From: an uncultured Actinomycetes bacterium
Lineage (GTDB): Bacteria > Actinomycetota > Thermoleophilia > UBA2241
Length of the DNA stretch: 64,000 nt
Direction of reading: 5' to 3'
Assembly (NCBI GenBank): GCA_963725665.1
Contig: CAVRZA010000006.1
Coordinates: 32,001 to 96,000 of the forward strand
Shown here: positions 31,747 through 42,864 of the stretch, one piece after another
Position numbering within the stretch: position 1 is the first letter of the stretch
Layout: each line of letters opens with the position of its first letter
Position numbers and translations under genes: made by a program
The notes under the pieces: generated by a model
Databases searched by the model: none
The model's input: only the letters and a program-made list of their open reading frames with translations
Told to the model about the DNA's origin: nothing

Positions 31747-32626
31747 ATGGCAGCGACCAAGAACCTCGCGGCGCCCAGAGCGAGACGACCTGATCGAGCA
31801 GACGTCCGACTGCCCGATCGAGCGCGATCCGCTCCTCGTGCGCGCGCTCGCGCGCGGCCTCTCTATCCTCTGTCTGTTCGACGTCGACCACCGCGAGTGG
31901 ACCATCGACCAGATGGCCGAGCAGACGGGGCTCCTGCGCATGACCGCGTACCGCATGGTCCGCACGCTGGAGTCGACGGGATTCCTGGTCCGCGATCCCG
32001 CGACCAACCGCTACCACCTCGGTCCCTCGGTCCTTGCCATGACCTACGTCTCGGAGGACCACTCGGAGTTCGTCGCCCTGGCCAGACCGTTCATGGAAGC
32101 CCTTGTGGACCGCACGGGGGAGTCGGTCACGCTCGCGATCGAGGTCGATGGGGCCCCGGTCTGCGTCGACACGATCGACACGACGCGACCCTTCAAGCGG
32201 CAGACGGCTCGCGGTCGAGTCATCGGAGATCTAGCATCTGTGCACGGCAAGGTCTTCGCGGCCTTCAAGCCGGACGAGCAACGAGCGGCCATCCTCGCTC
32301 GACCCCATCCCAAGTTGACGCCGAACACCGTCACCGATCCACAGGCTCTGGCCGACGAACTCGACCTGATCGCGCGCGAGGACCTGGCTTTCGACGTGGA
32401 AGGCCTCTACGTCAGCACGTGCGCTGTCGGGTCCCCGATCCGTGACCAACTGGGCGAAGTCGTCGCGGCGATATCCGTGGTCATGCCCACAGGTCGATTC
32501 GGGCCCGAAGAACGCAGACTCTGCGCCGAAGCCGTGAAGAGCATCGCGACGTCGCTCTCCGCGTACCTTGGCTGGAATCCCCCCGAGTCATCACGAGACG
32601 GTATCCCGTCACACGCCAGTGTGTAG
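31747..32626 (+). CDS. IclR-family regulator, paralog A (N-terminal indel; intact ORF from 31838)
   Basis: VRALARGLSILCLFDVDHREW, RMTAYRMVRTL, GESVTLAIEVDG, TRPFKR, PIRDQLG, PTGRFG. Confidence 0.88.
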
Positions 32627-32674
32627 TCAACCCTTGGTCCAGGTCCCCTCGATGGCGAAAGGACAGCGATTGAG

Positions 32675-35307
32675 ATGACTGAAGGAAACCGCAAGAAGAG
32701 TGGACGTGAGCGTCGACAAGACCGCGATCAAGTCCCTGGCCATGGGCGGCCTGCTCGGGGGCGGCGGAGAGTGTGTCGTCGACGTCAAAGACGGCAAGGC
32801 CGTCAGGATCAGGCCGCTCCACTACGACTGGAAGTACGACGGCGAGCAGTTCAACGCCTGGAAGATCGAGCGCGAACGGCGAGACGCTCGAGCCGCTGAT
32901 GAAGGCGCTGCCCGCCCCCTTCTCGCTCGCCTACAAGAAGAGGACCTTCTCCCCGAACCGCATCAAGTATCCCGATGAAGCGGGTCGACTGGGACCCCGA
33001 CGGCGAGAGGAACACCCAGAACCGGGGCAGGAGCAAGTACAAGAGGATCTCCTGGGACGAGGCGACGGACATCATCGCCGCAGAGATCCGGCGCATTCAC
33101 AAGAAGTACGGCCCGCTCTGCCATCCTGGCCCAGGGAGACGGGCACGGTGAGTGCAAGACGATCCACACGCCCCACGGCCATCAGGCACGTCTCCTCGAC
33201 ATGATGGGCGGATTCACGCAGCAGGTCCGCAACCCGGACAGCTGGGAGGGCTGGTACTGGGGCGCCAAGCACGTCTGGGGTCAAGGCTTCCAGGGCATGA
33301 TGTCGCCGGCCGCGAACCTCATCAAAGACATCTCCGAGAACGCCGACATGGTCCTCAAGTGGGGCTGCGACGAGGAGACCACGCCCTGGGGCTTCACGGG
33401 GCAGTACGCCAGCCCGCATCTCGCAGTTCTGGACGCGAGCCGGCATCAAGCAAGTGTACATCTGCCCGGACCTCAACTACGCGGCCGCCGTCCACGCCGA
33501 CAAGTGGATCCCCATCCTCCCCAACACCGACGCGGCGCTTCAGCTGGCCATCATCTACGTCTGGCTCACCGAGGACACCTGGAACAAGGAGTACGTCGAG
33601 ACGCACGCCGTCGGCATCGACAAGGTCGCCGACTACGTCCTCGGCAAGGAAGACGGCATCGCCAAGACGCCCGAGTGGGCATCCGCCAAGTGCGGAGTGC
33701 CCGAGTGGACCATCAAGGCGTTGGCCCGGGAGTTCGCCAAGAAGACGACCTCCATCGTCCACTACTTCGGCGGCTCCTTCATCAGAGGGCCGTACTCGCA
33801 TGAGCCCGGGCGGCTGGAGTGCGTGCTCCTGGGCATGCAGGGGCTCGGCGGGCCCGGCGTCCACCAGTGCCAGATGACCTACTTCGGCATGCCGAGGGCC
33901 GAAGGCCTGCGGAGCGTGCGCTTCTTCAACCCCGAGTTGAGTGAACGTCTCACGAAGCCCTGCTGGACCACGGTCCACGCCTGGGGACCGCAGCTCATCC
34001 CCAAGACGCTGATCCAGGACGCCATCCTCAAGCCGCCCCTCACGTTCCACGGGAGCGGCGGCCAGGAGTGCCAGACAGAGGAGCAGTTCGAGAAGTTCAC
34101 GTATCCCATCGCCAAGGAGAAGGGCGGCACTCCCATCCACATGATGTGGACCGACACCCCGTGCCGCATCACGTGCTGGAACCACGGCAACTGGACCATC
34201 GAGGCCATGCGCGACCCGAGCATCGAGTGCGTGGTCGCCCAGCATCCGTGGCTCGAGAACGACTGCCTCTACGCCGACCTGATCCTGCCGGCCAACACGA
34301 CGCTCGAGGTCGAGGACATCGTCACCAACACCCGGCAGGGCCCGCACTTCCAGAGCGTCGCCATCCAGGAGCAGGCCATCCAGCCGATCGGCGAGTCGAA
34401 GAGCGACTACGAGATCGTCCTGGCGATCGCCGAGAAGCTGGGGATGGGCGAGCAGTTCAGCGGCGGCTTCACGGTCCGCGATCTGCAGAAGATGGTCTTC
34501 GACAACATGCGCATGGAGGAGCTCACGACCTGGGAGGAGTTCGAGGAGAAGAAGTACTACGTCTACTCCGTCGCCGAGGACTGGGAGAACGACCCGCCCG
34601 GCTTCAGGCTCTTCTACGAAGACCCGAAGGCCAATCCACTGCCGACTCCGACGGGCCTGCTGGAGTTCTACTCCGAACGCCTGGCGCAGCACTTCCCGGA
34701 CGACAAGGAGAGGCCGCCTTACCCGAAGTGGATCGAGAAGGGCGAGACTCACGACGAGCGGCTCTCGAGTGAGAAGGCCGGCATGTTTCCCCTGCTCGTC
34801 ATGTCGAACCACCCGCGCTGGCGCACACACGCTCAGGGCGACGACATCAGCTGGGCCAGAGAGACACCCACCGGCAAGGTGCTCGGCTTCGACGGCTACA
34901 GGTACGAACCGGTCTGGATCAATCCGATCGACGCTGCAGGAGCGCGGCATCAAGGACGGCGACGTGGTCAAGATCTTCAACGAGAGAGGCATCGTGCTCG
35001 TCGGGCGCGCGCGTCTGGGAGAGGATCATGCCCGGCGTGGTCTACGTCGACCACGGGGCTCGCCACGACCCGATCATCCCCGGCAAGGTCGACCGCGGCG
35101 GCGCCATCAACACCATCGCACCGAACGGGATCACCTCGAAGAACGCGTGCGGCCAGGCTACGAGCGGCTACCTGGTCGACGTGCAGAAGGTCACGAAACG
35201 ACGAATGGGAAGCCTGGCGCAGGGACCACCCCGAGGCCTTCGCCAGGGAGTACGACCAGGCCGCCGGGCTGCGCTTCGACGCTTGGATCGAGGGAGGCAC
35301 GGAGTAG
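32675..35307 (+). CDS. Divergent AthL-like Mo-bisPGD enzyme (copy 2), frameshifted
   Basis: VDVKDGKAVRIRPLHY, RIKYP..RVDWDPDGERNTQNRG, GDGHGE, RNPDSWEGWYWG, KTPEWAS, SNHPRWRTHAQGDD, DRGGAINTIAP; TAGATG coupling to the beta gene. Confidence 0.88.
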
Positions 35308-36126
35308 ATGAAGGCATTCGTTATTGACGTCGGCCTCTGCGTGGGCTGCTACGCCTGCCAGTTCGTCTGCAAAGACGAGCACGTCGGCAACGACTGGTCG
35401 CCCATCGCCAAGCCTCAACCCGACACCGGCCAGTTCTGGATGAGGCTCGACGAGCATATCCGGGGCACCGTGCCCAAGGTCGAGATGCACTACGTGCCGA
35501 ACCCGTGCATGCACTGCGACGAGCCCCCGTGCATCCCCCCCTGCCCCGTCGAAGGCGCGATCTACAAGAGGGACGACGGGCTGGTCATCATCGACTCGGT
35601 CAAGTGCACCGGCTGCAAGGCGTGCGTCGATTCCTGCCCCTACGACGCCATCTATTTCAACGAGGACCTCAACCTCGCCCAGAAATGCACCGGCTGCGCC
35701 CACCTGCTCGACGGCGGCGAGTGGAAGACGACCCGTTGCGCCGATGCCTGCCCCACCGAGGCCATCAAGTTCGGGGAGGAGAGCGAGCTCACGGACCTGA
35801 TCGCGCAGGCCGAGGTGCTCAAGCCCGAACTGGGAGCCAAGCCCCGGGTCTACTACCTGAACATCCCCCGGAAGTTCGTCGCCGGCACGGTCTACGACCC
35901 GATCGAGAAGGAGGTCGTCATCGGGGCCACCTGCACCCTCGTCGGCTCCGGCGACGGCGACAAGCAGACCGTCGTCACCGACGCCTTCGGCGATTTCTGG
36001 TTCCGCGGTCTGGCGGACGGCACGTACTCACTCACGATCGACGCGGAGGGCTTCGCCGCCAAGAGCTACGCCGAGATCAGCACGGAGAAAGACGTGAACC
36101 TTGGCGACATACCACTGTCCAGATAG
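35308..36126 (+). CDS. BthL-like Fe-S subunit with 4 complete 4Fe-4S motifs and C-terminal beta-sandwich
   Basis: CVGCYACQFVC, CMHCDEPPCIPPCP, CTGCKACVDSCP, CTGC...CADACP; TDAFGDFWF...VNLGDI. Confidence 0.9.
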   Translation: MKAFVIDVGLCVGCYACQFVCKDEHVGNDWSPIAKPQPDTGQFWMRLDEHIRGTVPKVEMHYVPNPCMHCDEPPCIPPCPVEGAIYKRDDGLVIIDSVKCTGCKACVDSCPYDAIYFNEDLNLAQKCTGCAHLLDGGEWKTTRCADACPTEAIKFGEESELTDLIAQAEVLKPELGAKPRVYYLNIPRKFVAGTVYDPIEKEVVIGATCTLVGSGDGDKQTVVTDAFGDFWFRGLADGTYSLTIDAEGFAAKSYAEISTEKDVNLGDIPLSR

Positions 36127-36213
36127 GCGACTAGCGGGCGAGAGCGGTCGCCGCGAGACCACTCGCGCGGCCTGCCACGAAGACCCAGTCCGTGGCAAGG
36201 AGGACATCAGGAC

Positions 36214-37005
36214 ATGAGATGGGGAACGGTCATCAACCTGGCGAAGTGCATGCGCTGTCACGCCTGCATCGCCGCCTGCAGGATCGAGCACTTCCTGCCC
36301 CTCCACGTGACCTGGTCGAAGCTGATCGCCTACGAAGTGGACGAGGGTGGCGAGGTGGACGTCACCACGTACCCGGTGCGCTGCAACCAGTGTGCCGACG
36401 CTCCGTGCACGCACGTTTGCCCCACCGAAGCCTCACACCAGCGCGAGGACGGTATCGTGGTCATCGACTCGGACAAGTGCATCGGATGTCGCTACTGCGT
36501 CATCGCCTGTCCGTATCAGAACCGCACCTTCCTCTCGAAGGACAAGAACCCCGGCTACTTCCCCGGGTACGAGAAGACCAGGTTCGAGAAGAAGGGCGAG
36601 AAGCTCTACCCGCACCAGGTGGGCACCACCGAGAAGTGCAACTTCTGCGCCGAGCGTCTCGACGCCGGCATGGCTCGCGGCCTGCAACCGGGCAAGGACC
36701 GCGACGCCACGCCGGCGTGCGTGAACGTCTGTCAGGCGCGCGCCCTGACCTTTGGCGACCTCGACGACCCTGACAGCGACGTCTCGATCCTGATCCGCAA
36801 GTACAAGGGCTACCAGCTGCGCGCCGAATACGGGACGGATCCGTCGGTCTACTACATCGACTACAGGCTGGGCGGCTCGCCCTCGAACAAAGCGCCGCGT
36901 GAAGCTCAAACGGGCCATCACATCCAGCACCTCAGCTCCGTGGACCGCGACGCGTACCGGCGCATCTACGGGCACGAGCAGGCTGAGGCGGAGGTGCAGT
37001 CATGA
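36214..37005 (+). CDS. NrfC/DmsB-like 4x[4Fe-4S] electron-transfer subunit
   Basis: CMRCHACIAAC, CNQCADAPCTHVCP, CIGCRYCVIACP, KCNFC...PACVNVC, GTDPSVYY. Confidence 0.9.
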   Translation: MRWGTVINLAKCMRCHACIAACRIEHFLPLHVTWSKLIAYEVDEGGEVDVTTYPVRCNQCADAPCTHVCPTEASHQREDGIVVIDSDKCIGCRYCVIACPYQNRTFLSKDKNPGYFPGYEKTRFEKKGEKLYPHQVGTTEKCNFCAERLDAGMARGLQPGKDRDATPACVNVCQARALTFGDLDDPDSDVSILIRKYKGYQLRAEYGTDPSVYYIDYRLGGSPSNKAPREAQTGHHIQHLSSVDRDAYRRIYGHEQAEAEVQS

Positions 37006-37982
37006 AGGTCCAGACCAACCGACAGTGGATCACCACCCACGAGTGGATGGTCAAGCCCATGCGCCAGAAGGAGTGGATCTCGGGCAAGGGCATCCTCGTG
37101 TGGCTCGCCGAGGTCTTCTCCGCGCTCGGCATGGGGACGCTACCTCGTCGGCCTGCTCGCGGGGCTCGGCGGCATCACCACCGGCGCGTGGTGGGCGACG
37201 GTGCTCGGCTGGGCTGCTCATCGTGCTCTTCAAGCTGCCGCTGCACCTGGTGTACCTGGGCCGGCCGCTGCGCTTCTGGCGCGCGATCCCGCCGTTCACC
37301 AGAGGCGTGGAAGACGTCGTGGCTCGCCCGGGGGATGTTCTTCTCGATCGTGTTCGTCGGCGCCGGCTTCCTGCAGATCGTCTTCTGGTACCTGCTGCAT
37401 TGGGTCGATCTGAGCGCCTCCGCCGCCGACATCGTGACGGTGCTCGCCTGGATCGTCGGCATCGTCGCCGGCGTGTTCATCATCCTCACCGGCGTCTATT
37501 GCGGCTTCGCCATGAGCTACTGCAAGAGCCTGCCGTTCTGGAACACCGGGCCTGCTGCCGATCGTGTTCGTCATCATGGGCATCGCCGACGGTCTGGCCC
37601 TGACGATGGGCGTCAGTCTGATGACGGGCAGAGACGTTCCCATCGAGACGCTCGAGTCCTGGAGCCGTATCGTGCTCGTGGTCAACGCCCTGCTGATCGC
37701 CGGGTACCTGATCCGCGCGTACCACAGGCACTCGACCGCCGAGCTGGCCGCTCATGACCTCATCAAGGGCAGCACGGCCTGGGTCTTCTGGATCCTCCTC
37801 GTGGTCCTCGGCATCGTCACCCCCCTGGCCATCTCATTCGTCGACCATGTTCATGGCGGAGTCGAATGCCGAGCCGCTGCTGATCGTCGCGATCATCTGT
37901 CACACCGATCGGCGCCTTCGCGCTCAAGTACTCCGTCCTCAAGGTCGGCATCTACCGGTCCGTCCTTCCAGGGGTCGCGTGA
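37002..37982 (+). CDS. NrfD/PsrC-like membrane anchor, frameshifted
   Basis: ATGA overlap; LHLVYLGRPLRFWRA, SWLARG, YCGFAMS...PFWN, multiple TM, ending LKYSVLKVGIY. Confidence 0.8.
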
Positions 37983-38016
37983 GGACGGCCTCCGGGCCTG
38001 TCAGGAAAGGGAGACA

Positions 38017-40215
38017 ATGGCTGACCGCAAGCAGATTCTGACGACGTGCAAGAGCTGCCACGGCGGCTGCGGCGTGATCGTCACCGTCGAGGACGGCGTG
38101 ATCGTCCACATCCAGGGCAACCCCGACTCGCTCACCAAGGGCACGATGTGCTCCAAAGGCCTCTCGAGCATCCAGCACATCGACAACCCCTACCGCGTCA
38201 AGTACCCCATGAAGCAGGTCGGGCCCAAGGGCGAGGGCAGGTGGCAGCGCATCTCGTGGGACGAAGCGCTCGACACGATCGCAGACAAGATGAAGGAAGC
38301 GATCCGCGACTACGGGCCGCACACCATCGCCGTCTCGCAGGGCACCGGCCGCGGCTACAACCGCTACACGATGAAGATGGCGCGCTCTCTCGGCACCGGC
38401 AACGCCATCACGCCGGGCTACGTCTGCCACAGCCCCCGGCTTGGCCTCTACGGCCTGGTCACTGGTTACGGACGGCTGTACTGCGACTACCACGGCTGGG
38501 GAGGGGAGTTCCCCAAGACCCAGATCTCGTGGGCCAAGCAGCTGGAGATCAGCAGCGCCGATTCCGAGATGGCGGTGTGGTTCATCAACTCGCTGGACTA
38601 CTGCAAGAACCTGATCATCATCGATCCACGCGCCAGCGCCTTCGCCTCTCGCGCGACGCTTTGGATCCAGCCCCGACCGGGCACCGACTGCGCTCTGGCC
38701 ATGGGCATGATGAACGTGATCTACGAAGAGGAGCTCTGGGACAAGGAGTTCTGCGACAACTGGACCTTCGGCTTCGACGAGCTCCGCGAGCGCGTGCGGG
38801 ACTTCACCCCTGAGAAGGTCTCCGACATCTGCTGGATCCCCAAGGAGCACGTCATCGAGGCGGCGAGGATGTGGGCCATCGATACCCCCGGCTGCATCCA
38901 GGTCGGCAGCTCGCTCGAGCGCCAGGCGAACTGCGGTCACACGCTGCGCGCCATCACCTGCCTCTTGGGCCTGGCCGGCAACATCGAGCGGCCGGGCAGC
39001 ATGATCACCTGGGTGCTCCCCGAGACCGGGCTCATCGAGGACTTCTTCCTGGAGCTGCCGATCACCGACGAGATGAAGAGCAAGATCATCGGCGGCGACA
39101 AGTACAAGATGGGCGCCGCCCGCACGTGCAACCCCGACACGATGGTCAAAGCCATCAACGCCGGCAACAGCCCCATCAAGGTGTGGTTCAGCGTGGGCGG
39201 GCAGCAGATCGTGCACATGGCCAACACCAATGAGGTCGTCGCGGCCATCGAGAAGGTCGACTTCATGGTTCACACCGATCTCTTCATGGGCCCGATGGCG
39301 GAGGCCGCGGACATCGTGCTGCCGGCCGCCCACTGGCTGGAGCTCGACGACGTCTACGACATGCACCCGCGCTTCATGATCGAGGCGCACAACAAGGTCA
39401 TCGACCCGCCCGGCGAGGCGAAGGCCGACGCGTGGATCTTCAACGAGGTCGGCAAGCGGGTCGTTCCCGACAAGTGGTTCGACGACGTCGAAGACATGCT
39501 CGATTACGAGGTCAGAAAGGGCAAGAACGGCACCATGACCTGGAAAGACTTCAGCGAGCAGCTGGTCAGCGGCTGCTTCGGCCCCGACCAGGTGTACTAC
39601 AAGTACAAGACCAACTACTGGAACGAAGGCGGAGGGTTCCCCACTCCGAGCGGCAAGTTCGAGTTCCACTCGAACCATCTCGAGTCGCTCGGGTACGACC
39701 CGCTGCCGGTATTCAGCGAGCCGGGCGAAAGCCCGGTCTCCACGCCGGAACTGTTCAAGGAGTACCCGCTTGTCATGAGCTCGGGCTTCCGGCAGCCCTT
39801 CTACTTCCTCGGTCAATACCGCAACATCCCCTGGCTGCGGAGCTACATGGAGTACCCGCAGTGCCAGCTGCACCCGGAGACGGCGGCGCAGTACGGCGTC
39901 GAGGACGGCGACATCGTCTGGATCGAGTCGCCGCGCGGCCGCGTGCGCCAGAAGCTGCGTGCCTTCCCGGGGATCAAGAAGGGCGTGCTCATGGCCACCG
40001 CCAACTGCTTCTACCCCGAGGAGCCGGCCAAGGGCTACCACGGCGTCTTCATCTCGAACCCCAACGTCCTTACGAGCAACGACCATCTCGACCCGATGTA
40101 CGGCTCACCCGATCTCACCTGCCTTCTGTGCAAGGTCTACAAAGCCAGGCCGGAGGAGCTGAAGGAGAGGGTCTTCCAGACCGAGGAGTACGGCACCGTA
40201 CCTTCCCCGGAGTGA
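38017..40215 (+). CDS. Mo/W-bisPGD oxidoreductase with FS0 cluster and Cys ligand (acetylene hydratase/catechol dehydroxylase-like clade); no Tat signal
   Basis: CKSCHGGC...MCSKG FS0 motif, SQGTGRG, PGYVCHSPR, ADIVLPAAHWLE, FPTPSGKFE, SNPNVLT...CLLCKV; 732 aa, intact. Confidence 0.9.
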   Translation: MADRKQILTTCKSCHGGCGVIVTVEDGVIVHIQGNPDSLTKGTMCSKGLSSIQHIDNPYRVKYPMKQVGPKGEGRWQRISWDEALDTIADKMKEAIRDYGPHTIAVSQGTGRGYNRYTMKMARSLGTGNAITPGYVCHSPRLGLYGLVTGYGRLYCDYHGWGGEFPKTQISWAKQLEISSADSEMAVWFINSLDYCKNLIIIDPRASAFASRATLWIQPRPGTDCALAMGMMNVIYEEELWDKEFCDNWTFGFDELRERVRDFTPEKVSDICWIPKEHVIEAARMWAIDTPGCIQVGSSLERQANCGHTLRAITCLLGLAGNIERPGSMITWVLPETGLIEDFFLELPITDEMKSKIIGGDKYKMGAARTCNPDTMVKAINAGNSPIKVWFSVGGQQIVHMANTNEVVAAIEKVDFMVHTDLFMGPMAEAADIVLPAAHWLELDDVYDMHPRFMIEAHNKVIDPPGEAKADAWIFNEVGKRVVPDKWFDDVEDMLDYEVRKGKNGTMTWKDFSEQLVSGCFGPDQVYYKYKTNYWNEGGGFPTPSGKFEFHSNHLESLGYDPLPVFSEPGESPVSTPELFKEYPLVMSSGFRQPFYFLGQYRNIPWLRSYMEYPQCQLHPETAAQYGVEDGDIVWIESPRGRVRQKLRAFPGIKKGVLMATANCFYPEEPAKGYHGVFISNPNVLTSNDHLDPMYGSPDLTCLLCKVYKARPEELKERVFQTEEYGTVPSPE

Positions 40216-40266
40216 CCAGCGCCGAAGGGGCAAATGACTGCGCAACCCGGAGTGGAGGAGGATCCG

Positions 40267-40587
40267 ATGGCGAAATACCTGATCGTGGCCACCTACAGCC
40301 CCGACGGCATGAAGGGCGTCATCAGAGAAGGCGGCAGCGGCCGCCGCTCGACCATCGCCGACATCGTGAAGAACCTCGACGGCTCGTTGGAGGCTTTCTA
40401 CTACGCCTTCGGCGAGAACGATGTGTACAGCATCGTCGATCTTCCCGACAACGTCACCGCGGCCGCGATGGCCATGCACATCACCGCGGCGGGGATGAGC
40501 AGGTGCGACGTCACGGTGCTGCTGACGCCGGAGGAGATCGACAAGGCCGCCAGGACCAAGATGTGGTTCAGGCCACCCGGGGCGTGA
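40267..40587 (+). CDS. GYD-domain protein
   Basis: MAKYLIVATYSPDG...FYYAFGENDVYSIVDLPDN...LLTPEE; SD GGAGGAGG. Confidence 0.82.
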   Translation: MAKYLIVATYSPDGMKGVIREGGSGRRSTIADIVKNLDGSLEAFYYAFGENDVYSIVDLPDNVTAAAMAMHITAAGMSRCDVTVLLTPEEIDKAARTKMWFRPPGA

Positions 40588-40670
40588 GCGACGAGCGAAC
40601 GCACAGCGGCCGCGGCCGGCGTCGGCTGAACTGGGCAATCCGCTCCCCGACATGGCGGCGGTGCCGGATC

Positions 40671-40704
40671 GGGGGAGGCTCCACGATTCGCGTGAAGCCT
40701 CCCC
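40671..40704. terminator. Hairpin between convergent genes; near-identical to the hairpin at 48199
   Basis: GGGGGAGGCTCCACG-ATTCG-CGTGAAGCCTCCCC. Confidence 0.6.
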
Positions 40705-40747
40705 GCTCGTCATCAAGCCACGCGACTTCTAGCCGCGCACACCCTGC

Positions 40748-42127
40748 TCAGTACCCCTTCAGGATGTCGATCATGATGTCGGTGGCCTTCAGGGCGTACT
40801 CCCTGGGCACCGTCAGCGGAGGCATGAAGCGGAAGACGTTGGCGTGACGTCCGCAGGGAGTCATGAGGATGCCGCTGTTGAGCAGCTTAATGGCGATCTC
40901 GCCGACGTACTTGCCCTCCAGAGGCTCCTTGGTCTTTCTGTCGGCGACGACCTCGATGCCGACCATGAGACCGTTGCCGCGCACGTCGCCGATGCACTTC
41001 ACCTGCGGCATGGCGTCGACGAAGAGGCCCTTGATCTCCTCGCCCAGCGTGGCGGCCCGGCCCATGAGGTCCATCTGCCGGGTCGGTGATGATGTCGATG
41101 TTCGTCATGCAGACCTCGCAGCCCATGGCGTTGCCGGCGAAGGTGCTCGGCTGCGAGCCCTCCGCCAGGCTGGCCTCCATGTCGGCCCGATACGTCACGC
41201 CGGCCATGGGCATGTCGCCGCCCATGCCCTTGCCCCAGGTCAGCATGTCGGGGACCACGCTCGAGTGCTCGATGGCCCACATCTTGCCGGTGCGCCCGGC
41301 GCCGGCCTGGACCTCGTCGGCGATGTAGAGACAGCCGTACTTCTCGCACGCCTGCTTGACGAGCTCCAGGAACTCCGGAGGTGGAACGACGTAGCCACCC
41401 TCGCCCTGCTGCGCTTCGACGATCACCGCAGCCACGTCGTCGAGACCTGTATACGGCGTGTTGAGCACGTAGTCGACGTACTTGCCGCACTGCACCTCGC
41501 AGTCGGGATAGGTCATACCGAAGGCGCAGCGATAGCAGTAGGCATAGGGAAGGTGGGTGACGCCCGGGATCAGGGGTCCCCAGCCGTGGCGATAGCCGTA
41601 CCCGGTCGTCAGGGCGGCGCTGCCGCACCAGACGCCGTGATAGGCGCCCTGGAAGGCGATGATCTGCGATCTGCCGGTGTGAGCGCGGGCGAACTTGATG
41701 GCCGTCTCGACGGCGTCGACTGCCGGCCTGATAGACGGCCGTGTGGCAGTTGCCCCTGAGGCCCTCGGGCATGACCCCGGAGACCTTCTTGGCCAGCTCG
41801 ATGCGCTTGGGGTTGGTGATGTCGGTGGTGTGCATGATGACGTCGCACTGACGGCGGATCGCCTCCAGCACCTTCGGGTGGCCGCGGCCGACGGCGTTGA
41901 CGGCGACGCCGGCGGCCATGTCGATGTAGAGGTTGCCGTCGGCGTCGTAGACAGTGACTCCCTTGCCGTGCTCCAGGATCACCGGGAAGCCGCCGCCGCC
42001 ACGAGTGAACGACTCGTACTTGGCCGACTCGGCCATCAGCGCAGCTGACCTTGGGACCGGGGACCTGCGTCACCATGCGGGGCGCATCGGGGAAGGACAA
42101 CTCCATCAGTTCGGACTCAGCGATCAT
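40748..42127 (-). CDS. Class III PLP aminotransferase (GabT-like), frameshifted
   Basis: DADGNLYIDMAAGVAV, AFQGAYHG, EAQQGEGG, ADEVQAGAGRTG, TWGKGMGG (PLP Lys), STFAGN, RFMPPL. Confidence 0.88.
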
Positions 42128-42155
42128 TCCTTCTCTCCTGATCATGCGACGCACC

Positions 42156-42864
42156 TCAGTCCCCACACCAAGATGCCTGCCCTTGATGCTCTCGTTGTCG
42201 ATCAGCTCTTCCGGTGTCGACTCATAGACAATAGAACCCTTGCTCATGATGTAGACGTAGTCGGCGACTTCCATCGCCATGCCGAAGTCCTGCTCCACCA
42301 GGAGGATCGAGTGGCCCGCTCGCCTTGAGCTGCTCGATCACCCTGAACACCTCCTGCAACGACTATGGGCGCCAGCCCCTCAGAGGGCTCGTCCAACAAG
42401 ATCAGGTCGGGGTTGGTCATGAGGGCTCGGGCGATCGTCAACATCTGCTGTTCGCCGCCGCTCAGGAGGTTGCCCTTGTTCTTGCTCCGTTCTTTCAGCT
42501 TGGGAAAGAGCGTGAACACCTTCTCCAGCGTCCAGGGGTCCTGTTTGTCGCCGGTCCGGGCGGCCATCGTCAGGTTCTCGGTCACCGACAGCGACGGGAA
42601 GATCATCCTCCCCTGAGGGACGAGGCCGATGCCCAGCCGGGCGATCCTGAAGGGCGGCAGGCCGACGATGTTCTGGCCGTTCGAGGACGATGGCGCCCCG
42701 GCGCGGCGGCGTGAGCCCAATGATGGAACGGATGGTCGTCGTCTTTCCCATGCCGTTCCTGCCCAGGAGAGCGACGCAGGTCGCGTCCTTGACCTGCAGG
42801 GATACGCCCTGGAGCATGTAGCTGTCGCCGTACCAGGTGTGGATGTCATCTGCAGCTCGATCAT
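42156..42864 (-). CDS. livF: ABC ATPase (LivF family), frameshifted; end approximate
   Basis: GRNGMGKTT, VPQGR, LSGGEQQML, LDEPSEGLAP. Confidence 0.85.

Noticed and set aside
28900-33500. Programmed frameshifting or recoding in the athL-like genes
   Set aside because: Too many shifts at unrelated sequence contexts, and the same pattern occurs in ordinary genes
38017-40215. Calling this a true acetylene hydratase
   Set aside because: The Asp after the second FS0 Cys is His here (CKSCHGGC), and the NrfC/NrfD partners imply redox chemistry
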